64,000 nt of DNA, taken from Candidatus Omnitrophota bacterium. GTDB lineage: Bacteria > Omnitrophota > Gorgyraeia > 2-02-FULL-51-18. The notes below the pieces were generated by a model that saw only the letters and a program-made list of their open reading frames with translations, was not told the origin of the DNA and did no database searches. Within the stretch, counting starts at the first letter, position 1. The number at the start of each line of letters is the position of its first letter. The position numbers were made by a program, and so were the translations under genes. The stretch spans positions 23,024 through 87,023 of the forward strand of contig CAMDWQ010000007.1 in assembly GCA_945877765.1 (NCBI GenBank), given 5' to 3'. This document shows positions 19,222 to 29,457 of the stretch, one piece after another.

Positions 19222-19604
19222 TTGTTATTGATTCCTCGGGGTGGCTTGAGTATTTTATGAATGGGCCTCTGGCGGAGCGCTACGCTTTGTATTTTTCAAA
19301 ATCTTCAAAAATATTGACGCCTGCGGTGGTGCTTTATGAAGTATTTAAGATTTTAAAAAGAGATGCGAGTGAAGAAGTGGCGTTGGAAGCCGCGGCGCAG
19401 ATGGGGGAGACTGAGATTGTGCCTCTATCGGACGCTATTTCCTATCATGCGGCCAATATTTCACTCGAACATCATTTGGCGATGGCTGACTCAATGGTTT
19501 ACGCGACCGCAGATTTTTGCAAAGCTAAGCTTGTGACCAGTGATGCGGATTTCAAAAATCTCCCAAATGTAATTTATCTGGATTCACAAGAACCGGAAAG
19601 GTAA
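19218..19604 (+). CDS. vapC: PIN-domain toxin
   Basis: 128 aa with MIVIDSSGWLEYF (Asp5), LYEVFKIL (Glu) and TSDADF (Asp) PIN acidic residues; the operon architecture is classic vapBC. Confidence 0.75.
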   Translation: MIVIDSSGWLEYFMNGPLAERYALYFSKSSKILTPAVVLYEVFKILKRDASEEVALEAAAQMGETEIVPLSDAISYHAANISLEHHLAMADSMVYATADFCKAKLVTSDADFKNLPNVIYLDSQEPER

Positions 19605-19628
19605 AGTTCTTAGTATTGAATACTTAAA

Positions 19629-19889
19629 GTGGTAAATGGAGAAGTGATGAAAACCTGCCAGTTAAACGTCAGAATCAGCGAAAGAACCTATAAGACCTTA
19701 ATAGAGCTTTCTAAAAAACTATACACAACAAAATCTTTTTTAATTGAAAAGGGGATTGATTTATTAAAAGAAAATTTTGATAGAATTGACAAAAGGCCTC
19801 ACCCCAAGCCAGCTTCTGATGCTTTTTCTGTCGCCCTTTCCAAGGTTAATAAAAAGCACTCCAGAACCCTTAAAAAACTTGCTGAATAA
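19629..19889 (+). CDS. small ribbon-helix-helix (CopG/Arc-like) protein, orphan antitoxin-like
   Basis: LNVRISERTYKTLIELSKKLYTTKSFLIEKGIDLL resembles an RHH fold; overlaps the annotated aroD 5' end in another frame, so one of the two starts is misplaced. Confidence 0.35.
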   Translation: MVNGEVMKTCQLNVRISERTYKTLIELSKKLYTTKSFLIEKGIDLLKENFDRIDKRPHPKPASDAFSVALSKVNKKHSRTLKKLAE

Positions 19890-20568
19890 AATTATAAATT
19901 CATTTCGAATCGCCGTCCCTTTTACTGACAAGACACCCCTTTCGGCTATTCAACTTGCCCGAAAAGAGGGAATGGGCATCGCGGAGCTGCGTATCGATCT
20001 TTACTCTTCCTATTCAAATGATCACGTTCTGCGAGAAGTCCGCAAATTTAAAAAAATCAAGACCATTGCAACCATCCGATCCAAAAGGGAAGGTGGTCAG
20101 TGGACGGGGCATGAAAAAAAACGCTTGGCTCTTTTTAAGGCAGTGCTACCACAGGTAGACACGGTGGATATCGAGCTGAGTTCACGCTCAATTTTAAAAG
20201 AGACTATCGCCGAAGCCCATCGCTTAAAAAAAACAGTCATTGTGTCCTATCACAATTTTAAAAAAACTCCGTCTTCTTTGGCACTTCTGGGGATTTTGAA
20301 GCAGGCCAAACGGGCCGGCGCTGACATCGTGAAAATTGCGGCGATGGCGCGTTCTAAAAAGGATATGCGAACCTTGGCGGAATTCACTCTCACGCATGCC
20401 AAAGAAGGTCTCATCACGCTCTCCATGGGGAAAGAGGGGGCGTTATCGCGGATATTGTTTCCATCGCTAGGCTCTCTTCTTACGTTTGCTCACACCGGTC
20501 ATTCGACGGCTCCCGGGCAGATGGATCTTAAAACGACGGCCTTTTTCTTCAAAAAACTCTATTCCTAA
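19777..20568 (+). CDS. aroD: 3-dehydroquinate dehydratase, type I
   Basis: AELRIDLY, VIVSYHNFKKTP, IVKIAAMARSKKDM (Schiff-base Lys region). The true start is probably internal (~19819, MLFLSPF...) to avoid overlap. Confidence 0.75.
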   Translation: MIELTKGLTPSQLLMLFLSPFPRLIKSTPEPLKNLLNKIINSFRIAVPFTDKTPLSAIQLARKEGMGIAELRIDLYSSYSNDHVLREVRKFKKIKTIATIRSKREGGQWTGHEKKRLALFKAVLPQVDTVDIELSSRSILKETIAEAHRLKKTVIVSYHNFKKTPSSLALLGILKQAKRAGADIVKIAAMARSKKDMRTLAEFTLTHAKEGLITLSMGKEGALSRILFPSLGSLLTFAHTGHSTAPGQMDLKTTAFFFKKLYS

Positions 20569-20586
20569 GCGGTTTCTCCGCCAAGA

Positions 20587-21954
20587 GTGACAGCTATTGC
20601 CGCTTCTGATATAATCAAACTCTTTTCTAGAGACTTTAACCCGAGCTTTGGAGCCAACTTGATTAGCCGCTATACACTCCCCGAAATGGGGAAGATTTGG
20701 ACCGAGGAAAACCGGTTCAAAGTCATGCTGGAGGTGGAAGTTGCCGCTTGCCAGGCGATGGCAGCGCTGCATCTAATCCCCGCTAAGTCTGCTGTTAATA
20801 TCCGTAAAAAAGCCTCCTTCAAATTGTCACAAATCCATAAATACGAAGAGGTTACAAAACACGATGTGACCGCTTTTCTAAAAAGTATTGCTGATTTTGT
20901 GGGCCCTGATGCGCGTTTTATCCATAAGGGCCTGACATCTAGTGACGTGTTAGATACGGCCTTAAGCCTTCAGATCCGTGAAGGCCTGGATCTTCTGATT
21001 CAAAATACCCAAGAATTTGCCACTATTTTGAAGAAAAAAGCAGTGCAATACCGGGATACGCCCATGATAGGCCGGTCGCACGGGGTGCATGGCGAACCGG
21101 TGACTTTGGGTCTTAAGTTTTTGCTTTTTTATGATGAATTTCGCCGCAATCTACTGCGTCTGGAAAATGCCCGCAAAGTGATTTCTTATGGAAAAATTTC
21201 AGGCGCCGTCGGCACTTATGCCAACATCGATCCGCGTGTCGAGGACAAAACTTTAAAGCTATTGAAATTAAAAACAGCCCCTGTGTCAACCCAAGTGCTT
21301 CAGCGTGACCGACATGCGGAGGTGCTTTCTGCGTTGGCCATTCTTGGCGGCTCGCTTGAGAAACTCGCGACGGAAATCCGGCATCTACAAAAAACGGAAA
21401 CGCTCGAAGTGGAAGAGCCTTTCTCCGAGGGTCAGACAGGTTCTAGTGCCATGCCTCACAAGAGAAACCCCGTCAATTGCGAGCGCATCGCGGGCCTTGC
21501 GCGTGTGCTTCGCGGCAACTCTCACGCGGCGGTTGAAAACATTGCGCTGTGGCACGAGCGGGATATTACCCATTCGTCGGTGGAGAGAATCATCTTGCCG
21601 GATTCCTTTATCCTCGCGCATTTTATGATTTCGGAAATGGCGGCGGTGATCAGGGGCCTGCACGTGTATCCCGAAAACATGATGGACAATATTTGGAAAA
21701 CCCGCGGCCTGATTTTCTCTCAGCGTGTGCTTCTGGCACTGATTGACAAGGGACTCTTGCGTGAAGCCGCTTACAAAATCGTGCAAAAAAACGCGATGCG
21801 CGTCTGGAAGGATAAAAATTTGAATTTAAAAGATCTGCTTCTAGATGAAAAAGAAGTGATGGCTCATTTTTCAAAGAAGGAAATTGAGTCGCTATTTCAC
21901 TTGGATTATCACTTAAAGCATGTGGCGACGATTTTTAAGAGGGTGTTAAAATAA
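20587..21954 (+). CDS. purB: adenylosuccinate lyase
   Basis: SRYTLPEMGKIW N-terminus, fumarate-lyase signature GSSAMPHKRNPVNCE; GTG start. Confidence 0.9.
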   Translation: MTAIAASDIIKLFSRDFNPSFGANLISRYTLPEMGKIWTEENRFKVMLEVEVAACQAMAALHLIPAKSAVNIRKKASFKLSQIHKYEEVTKHDVTAFLKSIADFVGPDARFIHKGLTSSDVLDTALSLQIREGLDLLIQNTQEFATILKKKAVQYRDTPMIGRSHGVHGEPVTLGLKFLLFYDEFRRNLLRLENARKVISYGKISGAVGTYANIDPRVEDKTLKLLKLKTAPVSTQVLQRDRHAEVLSALAILGGSLEKLATEIRHLQKTETLEVEEPFSEGQTGSSAMPHKRNPVNCERIAGLARVLRGNSHAAVENIALWHERDITHSSVERIILPDSFILAHFMISEMAAVIRGLHVYPENMMDNIWKTRGLIFSQRVLLALIDKGLLREAAYKIVQKNAMRVWKDKNLNLKDLLLDEKEVMAHFSKKEIESLFHLDYHLKHVATIFKRVLK

Positions 21955-21955
21955 T

Positions 21956-22075
21956 TTTCCCCTCCTCACGAAGGAGGGGTGGAGTCGAAGGCGCCGGGGT
22001 GGTTGAAGGGTTGTGCTTCACAAAAACCTTACAACCCCTCCGCCTTCGGCACCTCCCCTTCGAAAGGGGAGGAAA
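21956..22075. repeat. Family A repeat, copy A4
   Basis: Lies between the purB stop and the purS RBS; the track ORF 21979.. is repeat read-through into purS. Confidence 0.85.
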
Positions 22076-22086
22076 AAAAAGAGGAC

Positions 22087-22329
22087 ATGATGAAAGCAAA
22101 AGTTTACGTGACGCTTAGGAAATCAGTGTTTGATCCGCAGGGCAAAGCGGTGCAGGAAGCGCTTGGGTCGATGGGATTTAATGAGGTGCAGAGCGTACGC
22201 ATGGGCAAATACATCGAGCTGGATCTTGGCTCCACCGAAAAGTCTCAAGCGGAACAAAAAATTAAGGTGATGTGCGAGAAACTTTTGACCAACACGGTGA
22301 TTGAGGATTATAGGTACGAATTAAATTAG
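22087..22329 (+). CDS. purS: phosphoribosylformylglycinamidine synthase subunit PurS
   Basis: 80 aa MMKAKVYVTLRKSVFDPQGKAVQEALGSMGF...; own RBS agagga. Confidence 0.85.
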   Translation: MMKAKVYVTLRKSVFDPQGKAVQEALGSMGFNEVQSVRMGKYIELDLGSTEKSQAEQKIKVMCEKLLTNTVIEDYRYELN

Positions 22330-22333
22330 AACT

Positions 22334-22455
22334 TTTTCCTCCCCTTTCGAAGGGGAGGTGCCGAAGGCAGAGGGGTTGTAAGGTGTGTGTATAAAGTGTG
22401 ACGCATCAACCGCCCCGTCGCCTCGGCGCCACCCCTCCTTCGTAAGGAGGGGAAA
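22334..22455. repeat. Family A repeat, copy A5 (reverse orientation)
   Basis: cctcccctttcgaaggggaggtgccgaaggcagaggggttgtaagg ... ccgccccgtcgcctcggcgccacccctccttcgtaaggagggg. Confidence 0.85.
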
Positions 22456-22490
22456 AGGTCGCAAGATTGTGGAATGGAAGTGAGAGAACT

Positions 22491-23153
22491 ATGAAATTTG
22501 GCGTCGTCGTTTTCCCCGGATCCAACTGTGACCACGACTGCTATCACGTGCTAAAACACGTGTTGCAGAAGGACACGGATTTTGTCTGGCACAAGGACCG
22601 TGACATTTCAAAATATGACTGCATTGTCTTGCCGGGGGGTTTTAGTTACGGCGATTATTTAAGGACGGGGGCGATTGCGCAGTTTTCTCCGGTAATGGAA
22701 AACGTTTACAAACACGCCGAGCGTGGAAAACTGGTGATTGGGATTTGTAATGGCTTCCAGATTCTTTTGGAGGCGGGGCTTTTGCCAGGGGCGATGCTGC
22801 GTAACCGCTCGCTTAAATTTATCTGTAAATTTGTGGATCTTAAGGTTGAAACCACCAATACGCCATTTACCCGAAAAGCTAAAAAAGGCGAAATACTAAA
22901 CATTCCGATCGCCCACGGCGAAGGCAATTATTTTGCTGACGAAGAGACGCTTTTTGAACTGAAAAAAAACGACCAAATTGTCGTCAAATACACCGAAAAT
23001 CCTAACGGCTCTCTGGAAGATATCGCCGGGATTTGTAATTTTAAAAGAAACGTGTTTGGTCTGATGCCGCATCCGGAACGCGCTTCAGAAAAAGAGCTTG
23101 GTTCGACCGATGGCCTTAAAATATTTCAATCGATTGTGGAATCTTTAAACTAA
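22491..23153 (+). CDS. purQ: phosphoribosylformylglycinamidine synthase, glutaminase subunit
   Basis: [16 protein letters not shown] ... GICNGFQ (catalytic Cys) ... HPER. Confidence 0.9.
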   Translation: MKFGVVVFPGSNCDHDCYHVLKHVLQKDTDFVWHKDRDISKYDCIVLPGGFSYGDYLRTGAIAQFSPVMENVYKHAERGKLVIGICNGFQILLEAGLLPGAMLRNRSLKFICKFVDLKVETTNTPFTRKAKKGEILNIPIAHGEGNYFADEETLFELKKNDQIVVKYTENPNGSLEDIAGICNFKRNVFGLMPHPERASEKELGSTDGLKIFQSIVESLN

Positions 23154-23169
23154 AAAGAGTGATAAGGCA

Positions 23170-25449
23170 ATGACCACACAGACGTTAGAAATCACACCAG
23201 ACATTATTTCCAAACACGGAATCACTCCTTCCGAATACGGCGAAATTAAAAATATCCTTGGCCGTGCGCCCAATCTCACTGAGCTTGGGATTTTTAGCGT
23301 CATGTGGAGCGAGCATTGCTCGTACAAAAATTCGAAGAATGCTCTCAAACTTTTACCCAAAGACGGCAAGCGCATGCTCGTCAAGGCGGGTGAAGAAAAC
23401 GCGGGTGTTGTCGATATCGGCGATGGCTATGTAATTGCTTTTAAGGTGGAGTCGCACAATCACCCGTCGGCCATTGAGCCGTTTCAGGGGGCGGCAACCG
23501 GTGTTGGGGGAATTTTAAGAGATATTTTTACGATGGGAGCACGTCCTATTGTGGCAATGAATTCGCTACGGTTTGGAAAGTTAGATCCTCGCTTTCGCGA
23601 GGATGACACAAAAAATGTCATTCCCGCGGACGCGGGAATCAGCACCAAAAGACTATTTGCCGGCGTGGTTTCCGGCATCGCGCATTACGGCAACTGTTTT
23701 GGCGTGCCGACCATAGGAGGCGAAGTTTATTTTGATGAAAGCTATGAGGGAAATCCTCTGGTCAATGCGTTTGCCCTGGGCTTGGCAAAAAAAGAAGAGA
23801 TCGTCAAAGCCAAAGCCGAAGGTCTAGGAAATCCCGTATTTTATCTGGGGGCATCGACCGGCCGTGACGGCATGGGCGGCGCAAGCTTTGCCTCTAAAGA
23901 TCTCACCGAAGAATCGGAAAAAGATCGTCCCGCTGTACAGGTCGGCGACCCATTTATGGAAAAATTACTTCTGGAAGCGGTTCTCGAACTTTTAAAGTCG
24001 GGGTCGGTTGTAGGGATTCAGGATATGGGCGCGGCAGGCCTTACTTGCTCCACTTGCGAGACCGCTTCGCGCGGAGATGTGGGTATCGAAATCGATGTCG
24101 CCAAAGTTCCTCAACGCGAAATTGGCATGGCGCCTTATGAAATTATGCTTTCCGAATCCCAGGAGCGCATGCTCGTCATTATCCAAAAAGGTAAAGAGCA
24201 TATCGCTAAACAAATTTTTAAAAAGTGGGACCTGCATGCCGAAGAAATCGGTTTTGTCACCGGCGACGGCCTAATGCGCGTCAAAGAAAATGGCGTGACG
24301 GTTGCTGAAATACCGGCCAAGCGTCTTGCGGATGACGCGCCGCTTTACACTCGTGAAGAAAGAGAGCCCGCTTATTACAAAAAGGCTCAAGCTTTTGACG
24401 TGTCAAGCCTTGGCTCGGCCGGAGATTTAAATGCGGTTCTCTTGAAGCTCTTAGATTCTCCCACGATTGCCAGTAAGCAGTGGGTCTATGAGCAGTACGA
24501 CCACATGGTTCGTACCAATACCACAGTGCTTCCCGGCTCCGATGCGTCCGTGGTGCGCGTAAAAGGCACCAACAAGTCGCTGGCGATTTCACTCGACTGC
24601 AATTCAACGTATTGTTATCTCGACCCTTATGAGGGCGGCAAAATCGCCGTGGCGGAGTCGGCGCGTAACGTGGTCTGTTCGGGCGCCCGGCCGCTTTCAA
24701 TCTCTAACTGCCTTAATTTTGGTAATCCCCATAATCCTGAAATTTTCTGGCAGTTAAAAAAATGCATTGAGGGAATTCGCGACGCGTGTTTGGCGTTTGA
24801 TACGCCGGTATCGGGGGGGAATGTTTCATTGTATAATCAGAACCCTCAGGGCGCTGTGGATCCGACACCGGTCATTGCGATGGTGGGACTGCTTGAGGGC
24901 CGGGAGCCGGTTACTTCTTTTTTCAAAAAAGAAGGCGATGTAATTATTCTTTTGGGGACCAATCGCCAAGAACTGGGCGGCTCGGAATTTTTAAAGACAA
25001 TTTTTAATGTCAAATCAGGCAAAGCGCCTCATTTGGATTTGAAAGAAGCCTCCGATTTGATTGAATTGATGCTAAAGTTGTCCGAAAAGAATTTCTTAAA
25101 ATCCGCCCATGATTGTGCGGAAGGCGGATTGGCAGTGGCATTGGCAGAGTCTTGCATTATCGCCAAGGGCAAGGAGCTTGGAGCCTCGGTCAAAGTGGGC
25201 GCGGCTAGCCTTACTCAGGAAGCCCTTTTATTTGGCGAGTCGCAGTCGCGTATTGTGATTTCGGTGGACGCGGCTCATTTGAAAGAAGTAGAAAATCTCA
25301 TCCAATCTTTTGCATTCAAGTATGAAGTGATCGGAAAAGTTGCGGGTTGTGAACTTAAAATTAATGAACTAATTCAAGTGCCTGTGCCGGTGCTCAGCCA
25401 CACTTGGAGAAATGCCATCACCGGAAGAATGAGCGCAACCCATGAGTGA
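23170..25449 (+). CDS. purL: phosphoribosylformylglycinamidine synthase subunit PurL, carrying an in-frame ~17-aa insertion derived from a Family C repeat
   Basis: 759 aa, typical small-PurL motifs ([39 protein letters not shown]). Between SLRFG and VVSGIAHYG sits [24 protein letters not shown], encoded by repeat copy C2. Confidence 0.9.
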   Translation: MTTQTLEITPDIISKHGITPSEYGEIKNILGRAPNLTELGIFSVMWSEHCSYKNSKNALKLLPKDGKRMLVKAGEENAGVVDIGDGYVIAFKVESHNHPSAIEPFQGAATGVGGILRDIFTMGARPIVAMNSLRFGKLDPRFREDDTKNVIPADAGISTKRLFAGVVSGIAHYGNCFGVPTIGGEVYFDESYEGNPLVNAFALGLAKKEEIVKAKAEGLGNPVFYLGASTGRDGMGGASFASKDLTEESEKDRPAVQVGDPFMEKLLLEAVLELLKSGSVVGIQDMGAAGLTCSTCETASRGDVGIEIDVAKVPQREIGMAPYEIMLSESQERMLVIIQKGKEHIAKQIFKKWDLHAEEIGFVTGDGLMRVKENGVTVAEIPAKRLADDAPLYTREEREPAYYKKAQAFDVSSLGSAGDLNAVLLKLLDSPTIASKQWVYEQYDHMVRTNTTVLPGSDASVVRVKGTNKSLAISLDCNSTYCYLDPYEGGKIAVAESARNVVCSGARPLSISNCLNFGNPHNPEIFWQLKKCIEGIRDACLAFDTPVSGGNVSLYNQNPQGAVDPTPVIAMVGLLEGREPVTSFFKKEGDVIILLGTNRQELGGSEFLKTIFNVKSGKAPHLDLKEASDLIELMLKLSEKNFLKSAHDCAEGGLAVALAESCIIAKGKELGASVKVGAASLTQEALLFGESQSRIVISVDAAHLKEVENLIQSFAFKYEVIGKVAGCELKINELIQVPVPVLSHTWRNAITGRMSATHE
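23585..23641. repeat. Family C repeat, copy C2 (inside purL coding sequence, in frame)
   Basis: gatcctcgctttcgcgaggatgac acaaaaaat gtcattcccgcggacgcgggaatc; same two hairpins as C1/C3 in swapped order. Confidence 0.8.
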
Positions 25450-26836
25450 ACTAAAAGATAAATGCGGGGTATTTGGGGTATTTGGCCATCAAGATGCGGC
25501 CTATTTGGCGTATCTGGGACTTTATGCGCTGCAACACCGCGGAGAAGAGTCTGCCGGCATTGTGACTTCCAACGGACGTAAAATGTCCGCGTATCTGGGA
25601 ATGGGCCATGTGCAGGATGTATTTGACGGCAATCACTTGGAGAGGCTTCCGGGCGACCGCGCGATAGGCCATGTACGTTATTCGACGACGGGTTCGAGCA
25701 ATTTAAAAAACGCGCAGCCGATTCTTGTCGATTATTCCCGTGGAGAAGTCGCGATCGCGCACAACGGCAATCTGGTGAATGCCAATATGCTGCGTGCGGA
25801 ATTAGAAGCTTACGGTTCTATTTTTCAGACAACCACGGATAGTGAAATTATTATTCATTTGATGGCTAAGCCTTCGCTTCGTAATGTCAAAGAAGGAGTG
25901 ATGGATGCGCTTTCGCGTGTGGAAGGCGCTTATTCGCTTGTGCTTCTAACCAATGACATGTTGATCGCAGCCCGTGACCCTCAAGGTTTTCGCCCTTTGT
26001 GGCTTGGCAAGCTTGGCAATGCATGGGTCGTGTCCTCCGAGACTTGCGCGCTGGATATCATGGACGCCGAGCCAGTCCGTGAGATTGAGCCGGGAGAGGT
26101 GCTTTTTATCACCTCCCAGGGAATTACTTCCGAAAAAGTCGCTGTGGAAAATAAAAAACACGCGCATTGTATTTTTGAACATGTCTATTTTTCAAGGCCT
26201 GATTCAAAAATTTTTGGCGAGAGTGTCCATCTGGTTCGTACCAAATTTGGCCGGCAGTTGGCCAAGGAAGCTCCTGTGGCGGCTGACATTGTCATTCCGG
26301 TTCCCGATTCTGGAAATTCGGCAGCGCTTGGGTATTCGCAGGAGTCCGGGATTCCTTTGGAGACGGCGATTATCCGCAACCATTATGTGGGCCGCACATT
26401 CATTCAACCGACGCAGGGACTTCGAGATTTCAAAGTGCGAGTCAAATTTAACTTAATTCGTGAAGTGCTCAAAGACAAGCGGGTGGTAGTCGTGGATGAC
26501 TCCATTGTGCGCGGGACGACTTCCAAATTACGCGTCAAAAGCCTTCGATTGGCCGGCGCCAAAGAAATTCATTTGCGTATCAGCTGTCCGCCCCATCGTT
26601 TTCCCTGCGCCTACGGCATTGATTTTCCGACCAAAGAAGAATTGATTTCTAATAAGTACAACGCCCAAGAGATTCGTAAATATCTTGATTGTGATTCCGT
26701 CGAATACCTTTCGCTGGAGGGCATGTTGTCCTGCGTCAGCTATCCAAAGGAAAACTATTGCACCGCCTGCTGGAGCGGAAAATACCCCGTACCGTTTGCG
26801 GCAGTGGACAAATTTCATGCGGAGAAATGCCGATAA
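25442..26836 (+). CDS. purF: amidophosphoribosyltransferase
   Basis: [15 protein letters not shown] Ntn start, PRPP-binding [15 protein letters not shown]-terminal Fe-S cysteines (CAYG...C..C). Confidence 0.92.
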   Translation: MSELKDKCGVFGVFGHQDAAYLAYLGLYALQHRGEESAGIVTSNGRKMSAYLGMGHVQDVFDGNHLERLPGDRAIGHVRYSTTGSSNLKNAQPILVDYSRGEVAIAHNGNLVNANMLRAELEAYGSIFQTTTDSEIIIHLMAKPSLRNVKEGVMDALSRVEGAYSLVLLTNDMLIAARDPQGFRPLWLGKLGNAWVVSSETCALDIMDAEPVREIEPGEVLFITSQGITSEKVAVENKKHAHCIFEHVYFSRPDSKIFGESVHLVRTKFGRQLAKEAPVAADIVIPVPDSGNSAALGYSQESGIPLETAIIRNHYVGRTFIQPTQGLRDFKVRVKFNLIREVLKDKRVVVVDDSIVRGTTSKLRVKSLRLAGAKEIHLRISCPPHRFPCAYGIDFPTKEELISNKYNAQEIRKYLDCDSVEYLSLEGMLSCVSYPKENYCTACWSGKYPVPFAAVDKFHAEKCR

Positions 26837-26846
26837 CCGGTATGAC

Positions 26847-26918
26847 GTCATTCCCGAATGTTTTAATCGGGAATCAAACCTAAATATGATCCCCGATTAA
26901 GGATTTCGGGGATGACAT
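26847..26918. repeat. Family B repeat, copy B3
   Basis: gtcattcccgaatgttttaatcgggaatcaaacctaaatatgatccccgattaaggatttcggggatgacat. Confidence 0.85.
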
Positions 26919-26933
26919 TGGAGAGGGTTTATT

Positions 26934-27941
26934 TTGAAAGATTCTAAAAAAGAAAGTTTTAATTACAAAAAATCAGGTGTCGACATCGATAAAGCCAATG
27001 TTTTTATCGAAGCCATTAAACCGCTGGCGAAAGCCACGCGCCGTCCTGAAGTCATGGCTGGTATTGGCGGCTTTGGTGCTTTATGCCGTTTTCCCAAAAA
27101 ATATAAAAAACCAATTCTTGTCAGCTCCACGGATGGGGTCGGCACCAAATTAAAAGCTGCTCAGATGGCCTGTTGCGTGGAAGGACTGGGCATTGATCTG
27201 GTAGCCATGAATGTAAATGATATTCTGACGCTTGGCGGAGAGCCGCTTTTTTTTCTGGATTATTTTGCGGTTGGAAAAATAGACGTCGCCATGATGAAAT
27301 CGGTCGTCAAAGGTATCGCCGAAGGCTGCAAACAAGCAGGATGCGCTTTGATCGGCGGGGAAACCGCTGAGATGCCGGGACTTTATACGCGGGGCGATTT
27401 TGACCTGGCGGGTTTTTCGGTGGGAGTGGTGGAAGAAGCTAAGATTGTCAACGGCAGTCAGACGCGCGCGGGTCACAGCATCATTGGCTTGGCCTCCAGT
27501 GGAATCCATTCCAACGGATTTTCTCTGGTGCGAAAAGTACTCAAAGACGAGTTTATTAAAGAACACGCCGAGGAGATACTCAAACCTACCAAGATTTATG
27601 TCAAACCCATTTTGTCTCTATTAGAAAAAGAGCCCGTTTATTCGATGGCGCATATTACCGGCGGCGGTTTTTTTGACAACATTCCGCGTGTGCTGCCTAA
27701 AGGCTGCGGCGCCAACATTCATATGGGCAGCTGGCCTATTCCGCGGGTGTTTCGTTGGATTGAGGAAGCGGGCAATGTCGAGGCGCGCGAAATGTATCGC
27801 ACATTCAACATGGGAATTGGATATATTTTGGTGACTCCTAAAGAAAATGCGCTCAAGGTGATTTCACATTTAGCAAAATTTAAACAACATGCTTGGATTG
27901 TGGGAGAGATTGTGAAGGGGGAAGGGGTATCTATTCAATAA
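26934..27941 (+). CDS. purM: phosphoribosylformylglycinamidine cyclo-ligase (AIR synthetase)
   Basis: AIR-synthase-related N- and C-domains (GIGGFGAL, DGVGTKL, HITGGG). Confidence 0.9.
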   Translation: MKDSKKESFNYKKSGVDIDKANVFIEAIKPLAKATRRPEVMAGIGGFGALCRFPKKYKKPILVSSTDGVGTKLKAAQMACCVEGLGIDLVAMNVNDILTLGGEPLFFLDYFAVGKIDVAMMKSVVKGIAEGCKQAGCALIGGETAEMPGLYTRGDFDLAGFSVGVVEEAKIVNGSQTRAGHSIIGLASSGIHSNGFSLVRKVLKDEFIKEHAEEILKPTKIYVKPILSLLEKEPVYSMAHITGGGFFDNIPRVLPKGCGANIHMGSWPIPRVFRWIEEAGNVEAREMYRTFNMGIGYILVTPKENALKVISHLAKFKQHAWIVGEIVKGEGVSIQ

Positions 27942-27947
27942 TGATAA

Positions 27948-28092
27948 ATTCGAAATCCGAATATCGAAATTCGAAACAAGCTCAAAATCCGAATTTTCAA
28001 AATTCTAAACAGTTTCTTTGTTTGGGTTATTTGAATTTCTGTGATTCTAATTTGTTTCGAATTTCGATATTCGAATTTCGGATTTTGCCCGG
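27948..28092. promoter_or_regulatory. AT-rich ~145-nt imperfect inverted repeat containing >=4 AAATCCGAAW/TTCGAAAT (PurBox-like) motifs
   Basis: Left arm cgaaatccgaatatcgaaattcgaaacaa, right arm ttgtttcgaatttcgatattcgaatttcggattt, plus internal aaaatccgaattttc. Located between purM and purD. Confidence 0.45.
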
Positions 28093-28104
28093 AGGTTTAT
28101 TTTT

Positions 28105-29382
28105 ATGAAAGTTTTGGTGATCGGCAGCGGCGGCAGGGAACATGCGATTTGTTGGAAATTAGCGCAGAGCCCTCGGCTGACAAAGCTTTATGCAGCACCC
28201 GGTAATGCGGGAATGGCGGAGATTGCCGAAGTGGTTGATATCCCCGCTAAGGACCAGGAAGCTTTGCTTAAATTCGTCAAGCGTGAAGGAATTGAGCTGG
28301 TGGTGGTGGGGCCTGAAGCGCCTCTGGTAAATGGTATTGTCGACCGATTTGAAAAAGAAGGCATTAAGATTTTTGGCCCTTCGCGTTTTGGCGCGCAGTT
28401 GGAAGGATCCAAGGTTTTTTCAAAAATGATGATGAAAAAATTGGAGATTCCTACCGCTGATTTTGAAGTGTTTGATTCGGCTGACAAAGCGATGGATTAT
28501 GTCGCTAAAAAAGGCGTACCGATTGTCATTAAGGTAGATGGACTTGCCGGTGGCAAAGGCGTCGTTGTCGCGGCCTCCATGCCCAAGGCGATGGAAGCGA
28601 TTCACCTGCACATGGTCAAAAAAGTTTTTGGAAAAGCCGGCGACAAGGTGATTGTGGAAGAGTGCCTTTTGGGCGAAGAAGCTTCGATTATCGCTGTCAC
28701 CGATGGCACTACCGTGCATCTTTTGGCCTCTAGCCAAGATCATAAGCGCCTCTATGAAGGTGATCACGGCCCCAATACTGGCGGAATGGGCGCCTATTCG
28801 CCGGCACCCATGGTGACGCCGGAAATTGAAAAAGAAATTTTACAAAAAGTATTTATGCCGATTGTGAGCGAATTTAAATCACAGGGTCATCCGTATAAAG
28901 GATTCTTGTATGCGGGAATCATGATGACGCCTAAAGGATTTCGCGTGCTGGAGTTTAATACTCGTTTGGGCGACCCCGAGACTCAAGCGATTTTGCCACG
29001 GATGAAAAATGATTTATTGGAAGTCATGTTGGCAACTGTTGAAGAAAAACTTTATACGGTGAAGCTAGAATGGAAGGAAGAAGATTGTGTGTGCGTTGTT
29101 ATTGCTGCAGAGGGTTACCCTGAGACTTATGAAACAGGTAAAAAGATTTCGGGGATTTCGATTGCCAGGGAAGACAGGGATATTCAAGTATTTCATGCGG
29201 GCACGAAACGTTTGAATGAGGACATTGTCACTGCTGGCGGCCGCGTGCTTAACGTCGTGGGTTCTGGACGCAGTTTTTTCGAGGCGCTTTCCAAGACGTA
29301 CAACGCGGTGGAAAAGATATTTTTTGATAAAATGTATTACCGAAAAGACATCGGGCATAGGGCGGCAAAAATACTAAAGTAA
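28105..29382 (+). CDS. purD: phosphoribosylamine--glycine ligase
   Basis: MKVLVIGSGGREHAICWKLAQSP, ATP-grasp domain. Confidence 0.92.
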   Translation: MKVLVIGSGGREHAICWKLAQSPRLTKLYAAPGNAGMAEIAEVVDIPAKDQEALLKFVKREGIELVVVGPEAPLVNGIVDRFEKEGIKIFGPSRFGAQLEGSKVFSKMMMKKLEIPTADFEVFDSADKAMDYVAKKGVPIVIKVDGLAGGKGVVVAASMPKAMEAIHLHMVKKVFGKAGDKVIVEECLLGEEASIIAVTDGTTVHLLASSQDHKRLYEGDHGPNTGGMGAYSPAPMVTPEIEKEILQKVFMPIVSEFKSQGHPYKGFLYAGIMMTPKGFRVLEFNTRLGDPETQAILPRMKNDLLEVMLATVEEKLYTVKLEWKEEDCVCVVIAAEGYPETYETGKKISGISIAREDRDIQVFHAGTKRLNEDIVTAGGRVLNVVGSGRSFFEALSKTYNAVEKIFFDKMYYRKDIGHRAAKILK

Positions 29383-29384
29383 GT

Positions 29385-29447
29385 GTCATTCCCGCGCAAG
29401 CGGGAATCCGTACTTAAAACAGATCCTCGCTTTCGCGAGGATGACAA
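29385..29447. repeat. Family C repeat, copy C3
   Basis: gtcattcccgcgcaagcgggaatc...gatcctcgctttcgcgaggatgacaaagg. Its 3' end supplies the AAGGAG Shine-Dalgarno of purE. Confidence 0.8.
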
Positions 29448-29457
29448 AGGAGAGTTC

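Noticed and set aside
21979-22329. Track ORF of 116 aa starting MESKAPGWLKGC... upstream of purS
   Set aside because: The first 36 codons are read-through of Family A repeat copy A4. The genuine purS starts at MMKAKVYV (22087), which has its own RBS.
29383-29457. N-terminal extension [25 protein letters not shown] of the purE ORF
   Set aside because: It is encoded entirely by Family C repeat copy C3. The conserved PurE N-terminus begins at MKPRVAILMGSDSD, with an SD provided by the repeat's end.
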